Source: Candidatus Shapirobacteria bacterium (lineage in GTDB: Bacteria > Patescibacteriota > Microgenomatia > UBA12405). From it: a stretch of 64,000 bases of DNA. The stretch's first letter is position 1; each line of letters begins with the position of its first letter. Below the pieces are notes generated by a model that was not told the DNA's origin, did not search any database, and saw only the letters and a program-made list of their open reading frames with translations. The stretch covers positions 69,055 to 133,054 of the forward strand of contig JALHFY010000002.1 of the NCBI GenBank assembly GCA_022837635.1, read 5' to 3'. A program made the translations under genes and the position numbers. Of the stretch, positions 49,192-58,928 are shown piece by piece.

Positions 49192-49605
49192 ATGAAATAT
49201 CAGTGTCCGGTGGAAATTAGAATGAGAAATGGAGCCATCAAATATTTAGAAGAATTAAAGAGATTAGCTAGGAATAATAGAAATAACCCAACTGCAGCAG
49301 AGAAAATGTTTTGGCAGGTATTGAGAAAATATCCATATACATTTTTGAGACAAAAACCTTTAGGTCGATTTATTGCTGATTTTTACTGTTCAAAATTATT
49401 ATTGATAATTGAGATAGATGGAGATTCTCATGATTTGAGAAAATATATGGACAAAGAAAGAGATGAATATTTTCAAATTAGGGGTATAAAAACAATCAGG
49501 ATTACAAATAAGCAGGTGTTAACTGGTGAAGCAGAGGGATTGATGAAAGATATTTTAAGGAGAAGGGAAAAAGAAGCGGAAAAATGGTTAAATACTTTCT
49601 TCTAA
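49192..49605 (+). CDS. DUF559 / Vsr-like endonuclease domain protein
   Basis: AR..R.NPT.AE, F.RQ.P.GRFIADFYC, IEIDGDSH, D.ERD and IRI.N motifs. Confidence 0.9.
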   Translation: MKYQCPVEIRMRNGAIKYLEELKRLARNNRNNPTAAEKMFWQVLRKYPYTFLRQKPLGRFIADFYCSKLLLIIEIDGDSHDLRKYMDKERDEYFQIRGIKTIRITNKQVLTGEAEGLMKDILRRREKEAEKWLNTFF

Positions 49606-51237
49606 TTCAATTATTCTCTGTAAGATGGCTAGGGAGCCGAGGTAGACGGGTTCGACGCCGGAGAGGGCTAGAGAGCCGGCGCCTAGGTTTTTGGCTTGGG
49701 AATAAGGCGTGTCTGAAGTGTAATTAATGATACCAATTTCAAAAGGAGCGGAATTGAGATCGACTAGGGTTGATTTGGGAGTTTGACAATCATAACTGGC
49801 TTCGGTAATAGCGGAAAGATAGGGACCACTTTCCATTTCAATAACAGTGAGGTCATTTTCGGAATATTTTCTTAAAAGCGATTCGTTTTCTAGAAAAGTA
49901 CCTAGAACCGTGACTGATTTTTGGTTGGTAAGAATAGAGCCTTGGCGATTGTTAAAAGGAAAAAAAGTATTGAAAACATTTTTGAAAATATAGGAATTTT
50001 GAGAGTGTTCATCAAAAACCAGGCGGGGAATTTGGATATCACCAATTTCGGAATTGAGAACAGCGGCTTTACCGAGGATGTAGACACCAGCGAGGTGGTT
50101 GACGTTTTCCAGGATTTTACTAAGGATATGGTAAGCGGCAAAGCCGAGAGGGTAGTCAATATTAAAAATGAGAGATTGGCTTTGAGAAATTTTTTTAGGC
50201 TTATTAATTTTGAGACGTGAATCAAACAGAGAGGAGCGAGTAAAACTATTAATAGGAATAATTTGAGCGTTAACATCCATAAAATGGTTGTTTTTAGGAG
50301 TGAGGATACCGAGGTGTTTTTGGTAGCGGTCAAATTCTTGCAGATAACGAGAGTCTTTGGTAAAAAGGCGGGAGAGATAATAAAGAAAGTCTTGGTGAGA
50401 GAGATAAGGATTGGTAGCTTGATAGTTTTTAGGAGCGTATTGAAGAAGTTGTTTTTCGTATTTAAGAGGGAAACCGGTAACTAAATTTCTGAGAGAATGG
50501 GAGTTGCTACTGACAAAATAAACTTTAGTTTTAGTAAAGTTGTATTTTTTTAGATGTTGTTGGGTGAGACCGGTCCACCATTGTTGGGTACTTTTGGCAT
50601 AATCAACCCAACTACCGGCTAAAAGACGAAGACGGAGATCGCGGGGAGATTTATAGATTCTTTGCAGACGTAGTCGCCAACGACGACCAAGAGCGGTGAT
50701 GATTTTATCCCAATCAGCAGAAGAGAGTTGGGTTAATTTTAGAAGTTCACTAGGGTTGTTGTTTAAGGCAGTTTTGAAATCACTGTATTTAGGGTAGGTG
50801 GAAGTGATGAGATGGTGAAATTTATTCCATTCGATTTGATAGGCGATAGCCAAATTAACCAAGTCATCAACGTCAGTAACGGAACTGATAAAGGCAGCTA
50901 ATTGACCGGTTTTGCGGTTAAAATAGTGACTACGACGGCGGGCTCGAGAGGGGCAACGATGCCAGGAGAGAATGTCAATAAAACCAGCTTTAGTGAAGGT
51001 TTGGGGATCTTGGCCCATGATGATAGTATTGACGTGGTCGATACTTTTAGGAAGACGGAGAAGAGAATAGACAACAGCAGAAGGGTCAACACGAGTGGAA
51101 TCAGTAGCAAAAGGATGTAAAATTGTGCCCATTTTTAGGTAAGAATTGGTGAGGGAATGGACAGTGACTTCGAGGTTAGATTTAAGGGCGGAGCGGTAAG
51201 TGCGGAGGTGGAGGGCAATGGCTTCGATTGAGGGCAT
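49588..51237 (-). CDS. Conserved hypothetical protein; C-terminus nucleoside-phosphorylase-like
   Basis: Long ORF with RARRR, VSSNSHS, IDYPLG, ILGKAA, EMESGPY and SDTP motifs. Confidence 0.6.
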   Translation of the reverse strand: MPSIEAIALHLRTYRSALKSNLEVTVHSLTNSYLKMGTILHPFATDSTRVDPSAVVYSLLRLPKSIDHVNTIIMGQDPQTFTKAGFIDILSWHRCPSRARRRSHYFNRKTGQLAAFISSVTDVDDLVNLAIAYQIEWNKFHHLITSTYPKYSDFKTALNNNPSELLKLTQLSSADWDKIITALGRRWRLRLQRIYKSPRDLRLRLLAGSWVDYAKSTQQWWTGLTQQHLKKYNFTKTKVYFVSSNSHSLRNLVTGFPLKYEKQLLQYAPKNYQATNPYLSHQDFLYYLSRLFTKDSRYLQEFDRYQKHLGILTPKNNHFMDVNAQIIPINSFTRSSLFDSRLKINKPKKISQSQSLIFNIDYPLGFAAYHILSKILENVNHLAGVYILGKAAVLNSEIGDIQIPRLVFDEHSQNSYIFKNVFNTFFPFNNRQGSILTNQKSVTVLGTFLENESLLRKYSENDLTVIEMESGPYLSAITEASYDCQTPKSTLVDLNSAPFEIGIINYTSDTPYSQAKNLGAGSLALSGVEPVYLGSLAILQRIIELEESI

Positions 51238-51356
51238 GGATACATTATAGAGAAACTGGATACAAGAAACTAGAAACGAGAAAACAGAAACTAGATATAA
51301 GAAACAAAAAATTAGAAATAAGAATCAAAAAGAGGGATTTTTGATATAATTGAGGC

Positions 51357-53405
51357 ATGAAAAGTGGTGAGTCTGTTGGAGTTAATCCTGAAAATAAAAG
51401 TAGGGTACCGGCTCTACTGCAACAAAAAGTAGATCAGATGTCTAAGAAAGTGTCTCAATTAATGAGTATGTCTGAGAGAGCAGTAGACAGAGAAAGTGTC
51501 TTCAATGGTATGAAGAGTATTGGGGGATATGGATTTGATAATAATATTGAGAACTTAATGTTGGTAGCCAACGATCCGAATAAAACACAGGATCAGAAAG
51601 AAAAGGCTGCTGAAGCGGAACAAATATTTGCTTTAGGAACAGCCAGAGCTTTAATAAATGGGGGGGTGGATGATAAAAAAGCTATTGGAGTGGGAAGTGT
51701 ATTAAAAATCGAAGAAAGATTACCACAGGAATTAAAAGGGCTTGGAAGAAATGTTAGAGATGCGATAATAGATGAACCTAAAATTACCGATATAGTTGAT
51801 TCCTTGGATGTGGTGCGGAAGAGAACATTAAAAGGTGGTGAATCCGGGCAAACAGTGTTGAGAAATCAAATAAAGGATGCACATGAAAAACTAATTTTGT
51901 TAAAGGTTGATAACACCAAAGAAGATCAGTTGGGAATGGTAATAGAATGGTTGGGGGATGAGATTGGTGAAGTAGACACTGAAAGAGGTGAACTAAAAGA
52001 ACTAATAACAAGTTTAATAAATCAAAAAGAACAAGGTATGCCTGCAGGTGAAGGGCTGAGTTTAGAGGAAAAGAAGCAAGAGCAATTAGCTTACGTAAGA
52101 GGAATTTTAGAAAAAATAGAAAGCTCAGAAAAAACAACTAGAGATATATATTTGGGACAATTTGCGGTTCAACTTGAAGAAGAGATCAGGTCTTTAGAGA
52201 CTCATCCCGAGGTAGCAGTAGAAGTCAGGTCTCGTTTAAAGCTCCATGATTGTTATGTGTTAATGAGAAAGGCAAGTGGATATATAGAACCACCTAAGAG
52301 CGGAGGAGATCCTGAATGTCCTACTGTAGGTGCAGCAGCTAACTTAGCAGCTGGATTGAACCATGCGTTAGACAGTGAGACAGTGGGTTTTTTCTTAAAA
52401 GGAGATTCTAATGGTATTCCTGTAGCTCAAGCATGGGATTTATATCAAAAAGTAAATATAGAATATTTTTCAATACTTAATGAAATGGGAATACCAACAA
52501 ACACCGAGGATTTAAAAGTTCTAGTGGATAACGATAGAGATTTGGGTACCATAGAGGCGAATTACTTGAGTGATGGAAGTTTATCAAGGAAACGGAAAGT
52601 AGATGAGTATATTATCAATAAGTTAACAGTTGAGGTTGGTTGTAATAAAGTAGATGCGAGCAAAGCATGGTCATTGGCTAAAAAATTGTCATTAGCAACA
52701 GGAGAAGATTCTGTGTTTAATGAATCTTTGGAGGGCAACGACGAAATGGCAGAAGATATGTATTTAAGAATTTATCGAGGTAAGCGTGATAAGGCAGGTC
52801 GACCACGTGGACCCCAAATAAATTTACCGCACATTATTGGTATTGGCAATTCCTTTTTAAGAAGATTATCGGGAGTACCTCTTTATGACAGAAATAACCC
52901 TCCGTATTTATTGAGTAAGGATGTGGTAGTAGAACCTGACCCAGAAAAAAAATTAGGGATCGAGGAAGGAAGTTATGTGTATCATTTTGGAGTATGGTGG
53001 TCTGGCAAAATTCATCCTTTAAGAAATTTATTATTGGATAGGCAACCTGATCCAAAGAAAATTACTAATATTGATTTTATGCAAACAGCCCAAGATTTTT
53101 TTGACAAAGCGGACCCAGATGGCAGTAAGTATTTAAGGTATTGGTGGGTGATGGGTGTTCTAGATATGGCTACGTCGGTTGGTGAATTAGGTTGGACACA
53201 GGCTGATATTTCTCGGTTTAGACAGTTTTTAACAGAAGTACCACTGTCTGATAACATGAAGCCTGGTAAATCAAAAACATTTTTAGAAAAAGCACATTGG
53301 GATCATGGAATAAAACAAGGCAGGTTTGTGAATAAAATGTTAATATTAGATCTGAAGAGGATAAGGAGAAATATGGTGTCAGGGGTAACTGGTGGACAAC
53401 AGTAA
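51357..53405 (+). CDS. Hypothetical protein
   Basis: 682-aa ORF with TATAAT 6 nt upstream; no recognised motif. Confidence 0.6.
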   Translation: MKSGESVGVNPENKSRVPALLQQKVDQMSKKVSQLMSMSERAVDRESVFNGMKSIGGYGFDNNIENLMLVANDPNKTQDQKEKAAEAEQIFALGTARALINGGVDDKKAIGVGSVLKIEERLPQELKGLGRNVRDAIIDEPKITDIVDSLDVVRKRTLKGGESGQTVLRNQIKDAHEKLILLKVDNTKEDQLGMVIEWLGDEIGEVDTERGELKELITSLINQKEQGMPAGEGLSLEEKKQEQLAYVRGILEKIESSEKTTRDIYLGQFAVQLEEEIRSLETHPEVAVEVRSRLKLHDCYVLMRKASGYIEPPKSGGDPECPTVGAAANLAAGLNHALDSETVGFFLKGDSNGIPVAQAWDLYQKVNIEYFSILNEMGIPTNTEDLKVLVDNDRDLGTIEANYLSDGSLSRKRKVDEYIINKLTVEVGCNKVDASKAWSLAKKLSLATGEDSVFNESLEGNDEMAEDMYLRIYRGKRDKAGRPRGPQINLPHIIGIGNSFLRRLSGVPLYDRNNPPYLLSKDVVVEPDPEKKLGIEEGSYVYHFGVWWSGKIHPLRNLLLDRQPDPKKITNIDFMQTAQDFFDKADPDGSKYLRYWWVMGVLDMATSVGELGWTQADISRFRQFLTEVPLSDNMKPGKSKTFLEKAHWDHGIKQGRFVNKMLILDLKRIRRNMVSGVTGGQQ

Positions 53406-53410
53406 AGTTA

Positions 53411-55141
53411 TTAGGTTGTGGGTGGTGGGTCGATGTTAGCACCTGAGTTTTCTGGAATAACCACTGCTTTATCTCCTTTACCGAATCGCTGAAGAACTGC
53501 TTGTCCAGTTTTGGTGCCAATTTGGACAACAGTATCTCCAAATTTCTTACCTGCAGACTCAGAAACACTTCTTCCCATTTTGGCAAACATAGTGTTGTTA
53601 AGACTTTCTCCAATGGCCTTACCAAAATCTGGAGCTTTCATGCTTTTAATTGTATCAGGAACTAATTCAGGAAGTTTGGATAAAAGAGCGAGGCCGGCCA
53701 TACCGATAGCGGCGGAAATGACTAGGGTAGGGGTGCCTAAAAGTTGGGAAACAGTACCGGTAGTAAGTGGTCCAGGTGTCCAGGCAGTAGCACTTCCACT
53801 ACTAATGACACCCCAGGTGAGAGAGTCGATAATTAGATTAAGAAGAACCAAGAAAATGCCAACTACCGGAAAAACGGCTATATTGGAAACAAGATCTAGA
53901 ATCCAGGTGTTAAAACCCATTTTAGAATTAGGAAAGGCGCCGGTGGCGATTTCTAAAGGGGCGAGAACAATTTTGAAGATGATAGTGACATAGTTCTTAA
54001 CTAGACCAAAAAAGAGTTTGATTAGCCAAATAACAACTAAAATAGTGAGAATCAAAGGAATGAGCATTCCGCCGACAAGACCACCACCAATAGCTCCAAC
54101 AGCTTGAGTGGCATTTCTTATGCCGATTTTGCTTAAAAAATTAATAAAAGTATTACCTGAGGTTAGGCTAGTACCGATAACACTACCGATGATATTGCCT
54201 AAAGTACCTCCAAGGAGCATTAACGAAAAGCCTCCAGGAACGGCTCGTTGAGTCAGATGTTGAATGGTGGGAATGTTGGGATTACTAAGATCGTCAAAAT
54301 TATAACTATAGCCACCAACATAAGAAGTGACGGAGGAGATAACTTGCTTAATAAAATCAATAATTTTGGTGATACCGTCACTATTGGCTCCTAGTTGAGA
54401 AATTAAATTAATTGCCCAAGAGTCGGAGAATAAAGCGCTGTCTAAACTGACACCTTTAACGGAAAAAAGCATCGCTACAACGATAGCCTGAATGATATTG
54501 GCTAAGTCGATAACAAGACCAGCAATAGCGTAGGAAAAGGTAACTAGAATTAAGGTGGTAATGATTTGAGGAACAGCACTTTGAATGGTAATAACTGCTT
54601 GTGGACTAACTTTGACCCTAAGAATAATCATAATTCCAATAATTAGGAAAATGATGGTGGAAAAAACGTAGACCATGTTTCTAAAACCCCTCCATAGAGG
54701 TAGGAGGAATTGAAGTCCTTGAAAACCAATACCTTGGGCATATGCTGGTTTACCTAAAAAATTATCTTTAACTTGGGCAATATATTCGATGCCTGAAGCT
54801 GGGGGAGTGTGTAATGAAGCTATCATAGTGTTGAGATTACCAACAGCACCTCCAGGAAAGTAATGAAAGGTGGTGGAGTTCTGGTCAGGTTCGAGCAATT
54901 CTTTTGGTATTTCGCCGATTAGACCGGTAAACAGAGAAATCATATTGCTGCTCATGGCTTCATTAGTCCAAGATTCTAGGCCAGTGTTATTTTTGATGGC
55001 GTCTTGTTTTTGAATAAAAAGTTGGCTGCTAGTGTTATCGGTGCTAGTGTCTGGTGATTGGGCTAAACTATTGACAGGGAAGAAAACGAAAAGAATGAAA
55101 AAAGTTGTGAGTAGAATTTTGGTAAAAAGGCTTTTTGCCAT
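53411..55141 (-). CDS. VirB6/TrbL-like polytopic membrane protein
   Basis: W...RN..Y, LILVTFSYAIAG.VID and ..APL motifs; many TM helices; downstream of the pilins. Confidence 0.6.
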   Translation of the reverse strand: MAKSLFTKILLTTFFILFVFFPVNSLAQSPDTSTDNTSSQLFIQKQDAIKNNTGLESWTNEAMSSNMISLFTGLIGEIPKELLEPDQNSTTFHYFPGGAVGNLNTMIASLHTPPASGIEYIAQVKDNFLGKPAYAQGIGFQGLQFLLPLWRGFRNMVYVFSTIIFLIIGIMIILRVKVSPQAVITIQSAVPQIITTLILVTFSYAIAGLVIDLANIIQAIVVAMLFSVKGVSLDSALFSDSWAINLISQLGANSDGITKIIDFIKQVISSVTSYVGGYSYNFDDLSNPNIPTIQHLTQRAVPGGFSLMLLGGTLGNIIGSVIGTSLTSGNTFINFLSKIGIRNATQAVGAIGGGLVGGMLIPLILTILVVIWLIKLFFGLVKNYVTIIFKIVLAPLEIATGAFPNSKMGFNTWILDLVSNIAVFPVVGIFLVLLNLIIDSLTWGVISSGSATAWTPGPLTTGTVSQLLGTPTLVISAAIGMAGLALLSKLPELVPDTIKSMKAPDFGKAIGESLNNTMFAKMGRSVSESAGKKFGDTVVQIGTKTGQAVLQRFGKGDKAVVIPENSGANIDPPPTT

Positions 55142-55160
55142 AGTTTATTGTAACAAAATA

Positions 55161-56609
55161 TTACCAAGATGCGGGGCGAAGTAAAGAGCGCATTTCTTGA
55201 TACAAAAGATCAGAACGGAAACCGGGATCAACGACATTAGCTTTATCGTTGGCAGGGGTTTTACTGGAAAAACTTTTAGTCAGTAATTGTTTTTTGTCTA
55301 GGGAATCTGAGGGAATCATATTGGAAAAGGCTTGTTCACTAATTTGAACATTTTCCACAATCTGATTATCGTAGGTACTAGTGGTAGGAATAGAGACGCT
55401 TTTACTAAAGTTTTCGCCAGCTAAAACTCGTTTAATTAAACCTTTAACGAAGGTGGCTAGATTTTTTCTTTGAGGTTTGTCTCGGGAAACGTATGGACTA
55501 ACTTTACTATCATTACAAATATCGGTATTATCAAGAGGTTTTTGTTGACTAGGGTTGACAAAACTGAGGGTGGTTGACTGAGGTGAATAGGCAGCGGCGG
55601 CATTGGGTAGGGTGCGGTTGTGAGTTTCGTCAACAGGATTGATAGGATGGTCATTGGCAGTGTCGTAACCATTATAATTAGTAACCACGACTCGACTATT
55701 GACGTTACCTTTGGGGATGTAATTGAGTTGTTTATAGAAAAGAAAATAATCCTCTTTTGGTAGAGGAACAAAGCTTTTGCCGCCAGAACGTTGTGAATAA
55801 CAGCCGTAGGTACCGCAAGAACCACTATAGTGACTGAGGACTGGGGTGAGAATTTTTTGAGGAAAGTTTTCGGGTGGAGAATCGGGGGTGGAATAGTAAA
55901 GCTTTTCATTTTGAAGTCCAAAAATAAGTTCACTGAGATAAACAGGTCGACAGGAGCTGGTTTTAGTTTCATCTTGAGTCATTTCCATACAAGTACCTTG
56001 GCAGTCCCAAGCGATTTGATAGTCTTGAGTGACAGTATCAAGTTGTTGACTGTTATTTAAGGACATGGCGGCTTGGGTAAGGAATTGACTGCGATAGTAA
56101 TTAATTTGGGTGGTGGGCAAGGAGCGCAAAGAAGCACTAGATCCAGTCATTTCGAGGCTAAGGAAGCTGTTTTTAGCCCTGGCTTCGGTACACTTGATGC
56201 TGCCTCTAGCAAAGAAAGATTGGAAGTTTCGGTAATATTCGTTGGAGAGGTTATTAAGATCAATTTGGCCATCTAAGTCTTGGGCATCGTAATCTTGGTA
56301 GATGTTTTCTGTGTATTTATTACCATTGACGTCAGTTTTTACAACTTCAGTTTTATGATCGTCGGCAGACCAACTTCTTCCGGCTTCACCATGACCACTA
56401 CAAGTGACTGTGTCTTCAGTCAAGGTGTTGGAATAAGAATCGTCGCTAGGGATTTCTGGGGCAATGGCTTGGTCGGGAGCTTTACGTTCAGTTTGATCTT
56501 TAATTTGTAGGGAAGGGAAGAGTTTTTGCCAAAAGCTAGCGGCATAAGCTGGAGAAGTAGTAAAAAAGAGAAAAAATAAAGTAGAAAATATAAAAATTAG
56601 TTTTTTCAC
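55161..56609 (-). CDS. Secreted hypothetical protein
   Basis: Signal peptide ending PAYAA; several Cys residues. Confidence 0.6.
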   Translation of the reverse strand: MKKLIFIFSTLFFLFFTTSPAYAASFWQKLFPSLQIKDQTERKAPDQAIAPEIPSDDSYSNTLTEDTVTCSGHGEAGRSWSADDHKTEVVKTDVNGNKYTENIYQDYDAQDLDGQIDLNNLSNEYYRNFQSFFARGSIKCTEARAKNSFLSLEMTGSSASLRSLPTTQINYYRSQFLTQAAMSLNNSQQLDTVTQDYQIAWDCQGTCMEMTQDETKTSSCRPVYLSELIFGLQNEKLYYSTPDSPPENFPQKILTPVLSHYSGSCGTYGCYSQRSGGKSFVPLPKEDYFLFYKQLNYIPKGNVNSRVVVTNYNGYDTANDHPINPVDETHNRTLPNAAAAYSPQSTTLSFVNPSQQKPLDNTDICNDSKVSPYVSRDKPQRKNLATFVKGLIKRVLAGENFSKSVSIPTTSTYDNQIVENVQISEQAFSNMIPSDSLDKKQLLTKSFSSKTPANDKANVVDPGFRSDLLYQEMRSLLRPASW

Positions 56610-56998
56610 GGATTCCCGGGGATTTGGAATATAGTAACGTTAACACCGGTAAATTTTTGAATGAAATTAAGAATTAGCCAGGAAGCAATGACACCAACTA
56701 GACCGATGATGGCCATAGTGAGGGTGGAAGAAGCGGAGGCTAGTTTTTTTTCATCACCACCACTAGTGAGGTATTTGAAACCACCGCTAATGAACATAAA
56801 GAAAAAAGCCAGACCGGCAATAACTACTATTATTTGGAGAATGTTGGCAAAAAGACATTCAAAACCTTGGATGGTAGCGACATCACCTTGGGTAACGCAG
56901 CGACCTGTCCAAGTGCCATCGGAAGCAACTTGAGCTAGAGCTGGATGCACAAATAAGAAACAAGAAACTAGAAACCAGAAACAAGAGAGTTTTTTCAT
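56606..56998 (-). CDS. TrbC/VirB2-like pilin
   Basis: Signal peptide, two TM helices and GGFKYLTSGGDEKK..A loop. Confidence 0.8.
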   Translation of the reverse strand: MKKLSCFWFLVSCFLFVHPALAQVASDGTWTGRCVTQGDVATIQGFECLFANILQIIVVIAGLAFFFMFISGGFKYLTSGGDEKKLASASSTLTMAIIGLVGVIASWLILNFIQKFTGVNVTIFQIPGNP

Positions 56999-57021
56999 AA
57001 CTACATTATAGTATAAAGTCC

Positions 57022-57050
57022 AAAAAAAACCCCCTGCAGAGGCAGGGGGT
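57022..57050 (-). terminator. Rho-independent terminator
   Basis: Minus strand ACCCCCTGC-CTCT-GCAGGGGGT followed by a T run, just after pilin 57069-57410. Confidence 0.7.
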
Positions 57051-57068
57051 GTGAACTCTACCAAGAAT

Positions 57069-57410
57069 TTATTTGTTGAAGGTAGGAACAGAGATACCAC
57101 TTAAGAGAGTGATACCAAAGACGGTTTCAATCAATTTCATAATGGCAAAGGCGGCAAAAACGATAGCCAAGCCAATGAGAGCATTAGTGATCTGAGTACG
57201 GGCGGTAGCCACAGCTTTTTCATCACCACCGGCCATAACCCACTTGAGTCCGCCGAGAATTAACATAAAGAAGAATACCAGAGCCACAATTAACATAACT
57301 AAGGAAATGGCACCGGAAACGATACCACCGATAGTCATTTTAGTGACTTCTGAACCAAATTGATCTTTGGGGTTAAGTTCGATTACTTGTTTAGCAGCGA
57401 TAAGTTTCAT
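57069..57410 (-). CDS. TrbC/VirB2-like pilin
   Basis: GGLKWVMAGGDEKAVATARTQITNALIGL. Confidence 0.8.
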   Translation of the reverse strand: MKLIAAKQVIELNPKDQFGSEVTKMTIGGIVSGAISLVMLIVALVFFFMLILGGLKWVMAGGDEKAVATARTQITNALIGLAIVFAAFAIMKLIETVFGITLLSGISVPTFNK

Positions 57411-57461
57411 TTTTTTAGAGAATTAATAATTAATTAATGAAGTTTAACAATAAATTAAGAT

Positions 57462-57791
57462 TTAGGAAAGAGTGGGCCAGGTAAGTACTAATTTTTCTAG
57501 GTCTTGGATACCTAGAACGTAACCAATAAATTTAAGAATAGCAAAGACGGCAAAGACGATACCTAAGCCTAAAATAGCGTTAATCATTTCGGTTCGGGAG
57601 GTTTCGACGCGTTTAGGATCACCTTGGTTATTAATCATATGATAACCGGACATGATAAAGTGCCAAACGAACCAAATGACGGCAACAATAAAGAAAATAG
57701 AAAAAATTGCCTGAACGACACTGTTGGTATATCCAGTAGGATCATCTATTTGTTTTTCGCAGTTTGTGAGGATAGGGTTGCAGATAGCCAT
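57462..57791 (-). CDS. TrbC/VirB2-like pilin
   Basis: SGY.MI..QGDPKR...SR..M.NAILGL. Confidence 0.75.
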   Translation of the reverse strand: MAICNPILTNCEKQIDDPTGYTNSVVQAIFSIFFIVAVIWFVWHFIMSGYHMINNQGDPKRVETSRTEMINAILGLGIVFAVFAILKFIGYVLGIQDLEKLVLTWPTLS

Positions 57792-57796
57792 TTTGG

Positions 57797-58144
57797 TTAA
57801 ATTTTAATACTTCTAAAGAAAGCTTCAAGATCAAAAGGATTGGAGAGACCAAGAAGTTTAGCCAAAAGAGCGGCTAAACCAGTAGCAATAACAACAATAA
57901 AAATACCTAAAATACCGTTAGTGAGTTTAGACCAACCTTCTTCGATTTTTTTAGGATCACCGTGGGCGGTCATCAAGCCATATCCAGCCAGGATTATTTG
58001 AATAGCAAACCAAATAACGGCAACAATGGTTAAAACTCCCATGACATTACTAATAAGTTTTTCTAGAGCGGTGGTGGCTTCAACACCATCACTTGGGTTG
58101 AGGCCGGGACCGTCTAATGAGAATTTTTCAGCAATAAGTTTCAT
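57797..58144 (-). CDS. TrbC/VirB2-like pilin
   Basis: AGY..MTAHGDPKK....KLTNGILG. Confidence 0.75.
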   Translation of the reverse strand: MKLIAEKFSLDGPGLNPSDGVEATTALEKLISNVMGVLTIVAVIWFAIQIILAGYGLMTAHGDPKKIEEGWSKLTNGILGIFIVVIATGLAALLAKLLGLSNPFDLEAFFRSIKI

Positions 58145-58145
58145 A

Positions 58146-58475
58146 TTATGGTTGAGTTTGTGGACCAGTAATCTCAGGATTAAGAATGTCAATGCCGAAG
58201 AGACGACCAACAACACCAGCGATAACCATAGCGGCGGAGACTATAAGGATGCCGACGAGACTTTGCCAAATTTTAGTCCAAGCAGCTTCGGCTTTTTTAG
58301 GATCGCCACTAGCATTGAGGTAGTCATAACCACCCATAATTAATTGAACGACAAGAATAATACCAGCGATAACACCAGCTAATTTTAAGAGGTTGCTGAA
58401 GAAGGTGAAGAAACCGCTACCAGCTACGCTGGGGTATTGAGTAGGGTTGTCGATGGTGCCAAAAATAGAAAGCAT
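58146..58475 (-). CDS. TrbC/VirB2-like pilin
   Basis: GGYDYLNASGDPKKAEAAWTKIWQSLVG. Confidence 0.8.
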   Translation of the reverse strand: MLSIFGTIDNPTQYPSVAGSGFFTFFSNLLKLAGVIAGIILVVQLIMGGYDYLNASGDPKKAEAAWTKIWQSLVGILIVSAAMVIAGVVGRLFGIDILNPEITGPQTQP

Positions 58476-58478
58476 GGT

Positions 58479-58805
58479 TTATAGAATAGAGAGCCCGGTA
58501 AGGACTTCTATAATTTGAATTATAAAGTAACTAAGGAAAATTACCAAGAAGCCAATCAAGGAATTGGTAATCATGGATTTAGCAGTAGCAGCTTGTTTTT
58601 GGTCACTGGAACCAGCTGAGACTATCATCATAATTCCACCGGCAATAATAAGAATTAAAAAGATAATTCCGGCTAAGGTTAGGGAGTTTTTGACAATAAT
58701 GTTGACTAAAGTGGTTTCGTCGGGGTAGGTGTTGGAAATGGGTTTTCCGTTGTCGATAGGCAAATCACCGATGTTTACTTGGGAGATAAGTCGAGTTAAT
58801 TTCAT
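58479..58805 (-). CDS. TrbC/VirB2-like pilin
   Basis: GGIMMIVSAG...AATAKSMITNSLIGF. Confidence 0.8.
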   Translation of the reverse strand: MKLTRLISQVNIGDLPIDNGKPISNTYPDETTLVNIIVKNSLTLAGIIFLILIIAGGIMMIVSAGSSDQKQAATAKSMITNSLIGFLVIFLSYFIIQIIEVLTGLSIL

Positions 58806-58928
58806 ATTGATACCTAGATTATATAACAAAGATAGGAAATAATGGTGTTATAATACGCCACCTTATCAAGCTAGTGACTAGTTATTAGTAATTAGTTAAT
58901 AGTTTTATAATTAGATATTAAAACAGAA

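Noticed and set aside
53511-56510. Several antisense or alternate-frame ORFs of 67-171 aa
   Set aside because: They lie entirely within longer, better supported genes and carry no recognisable motifs.
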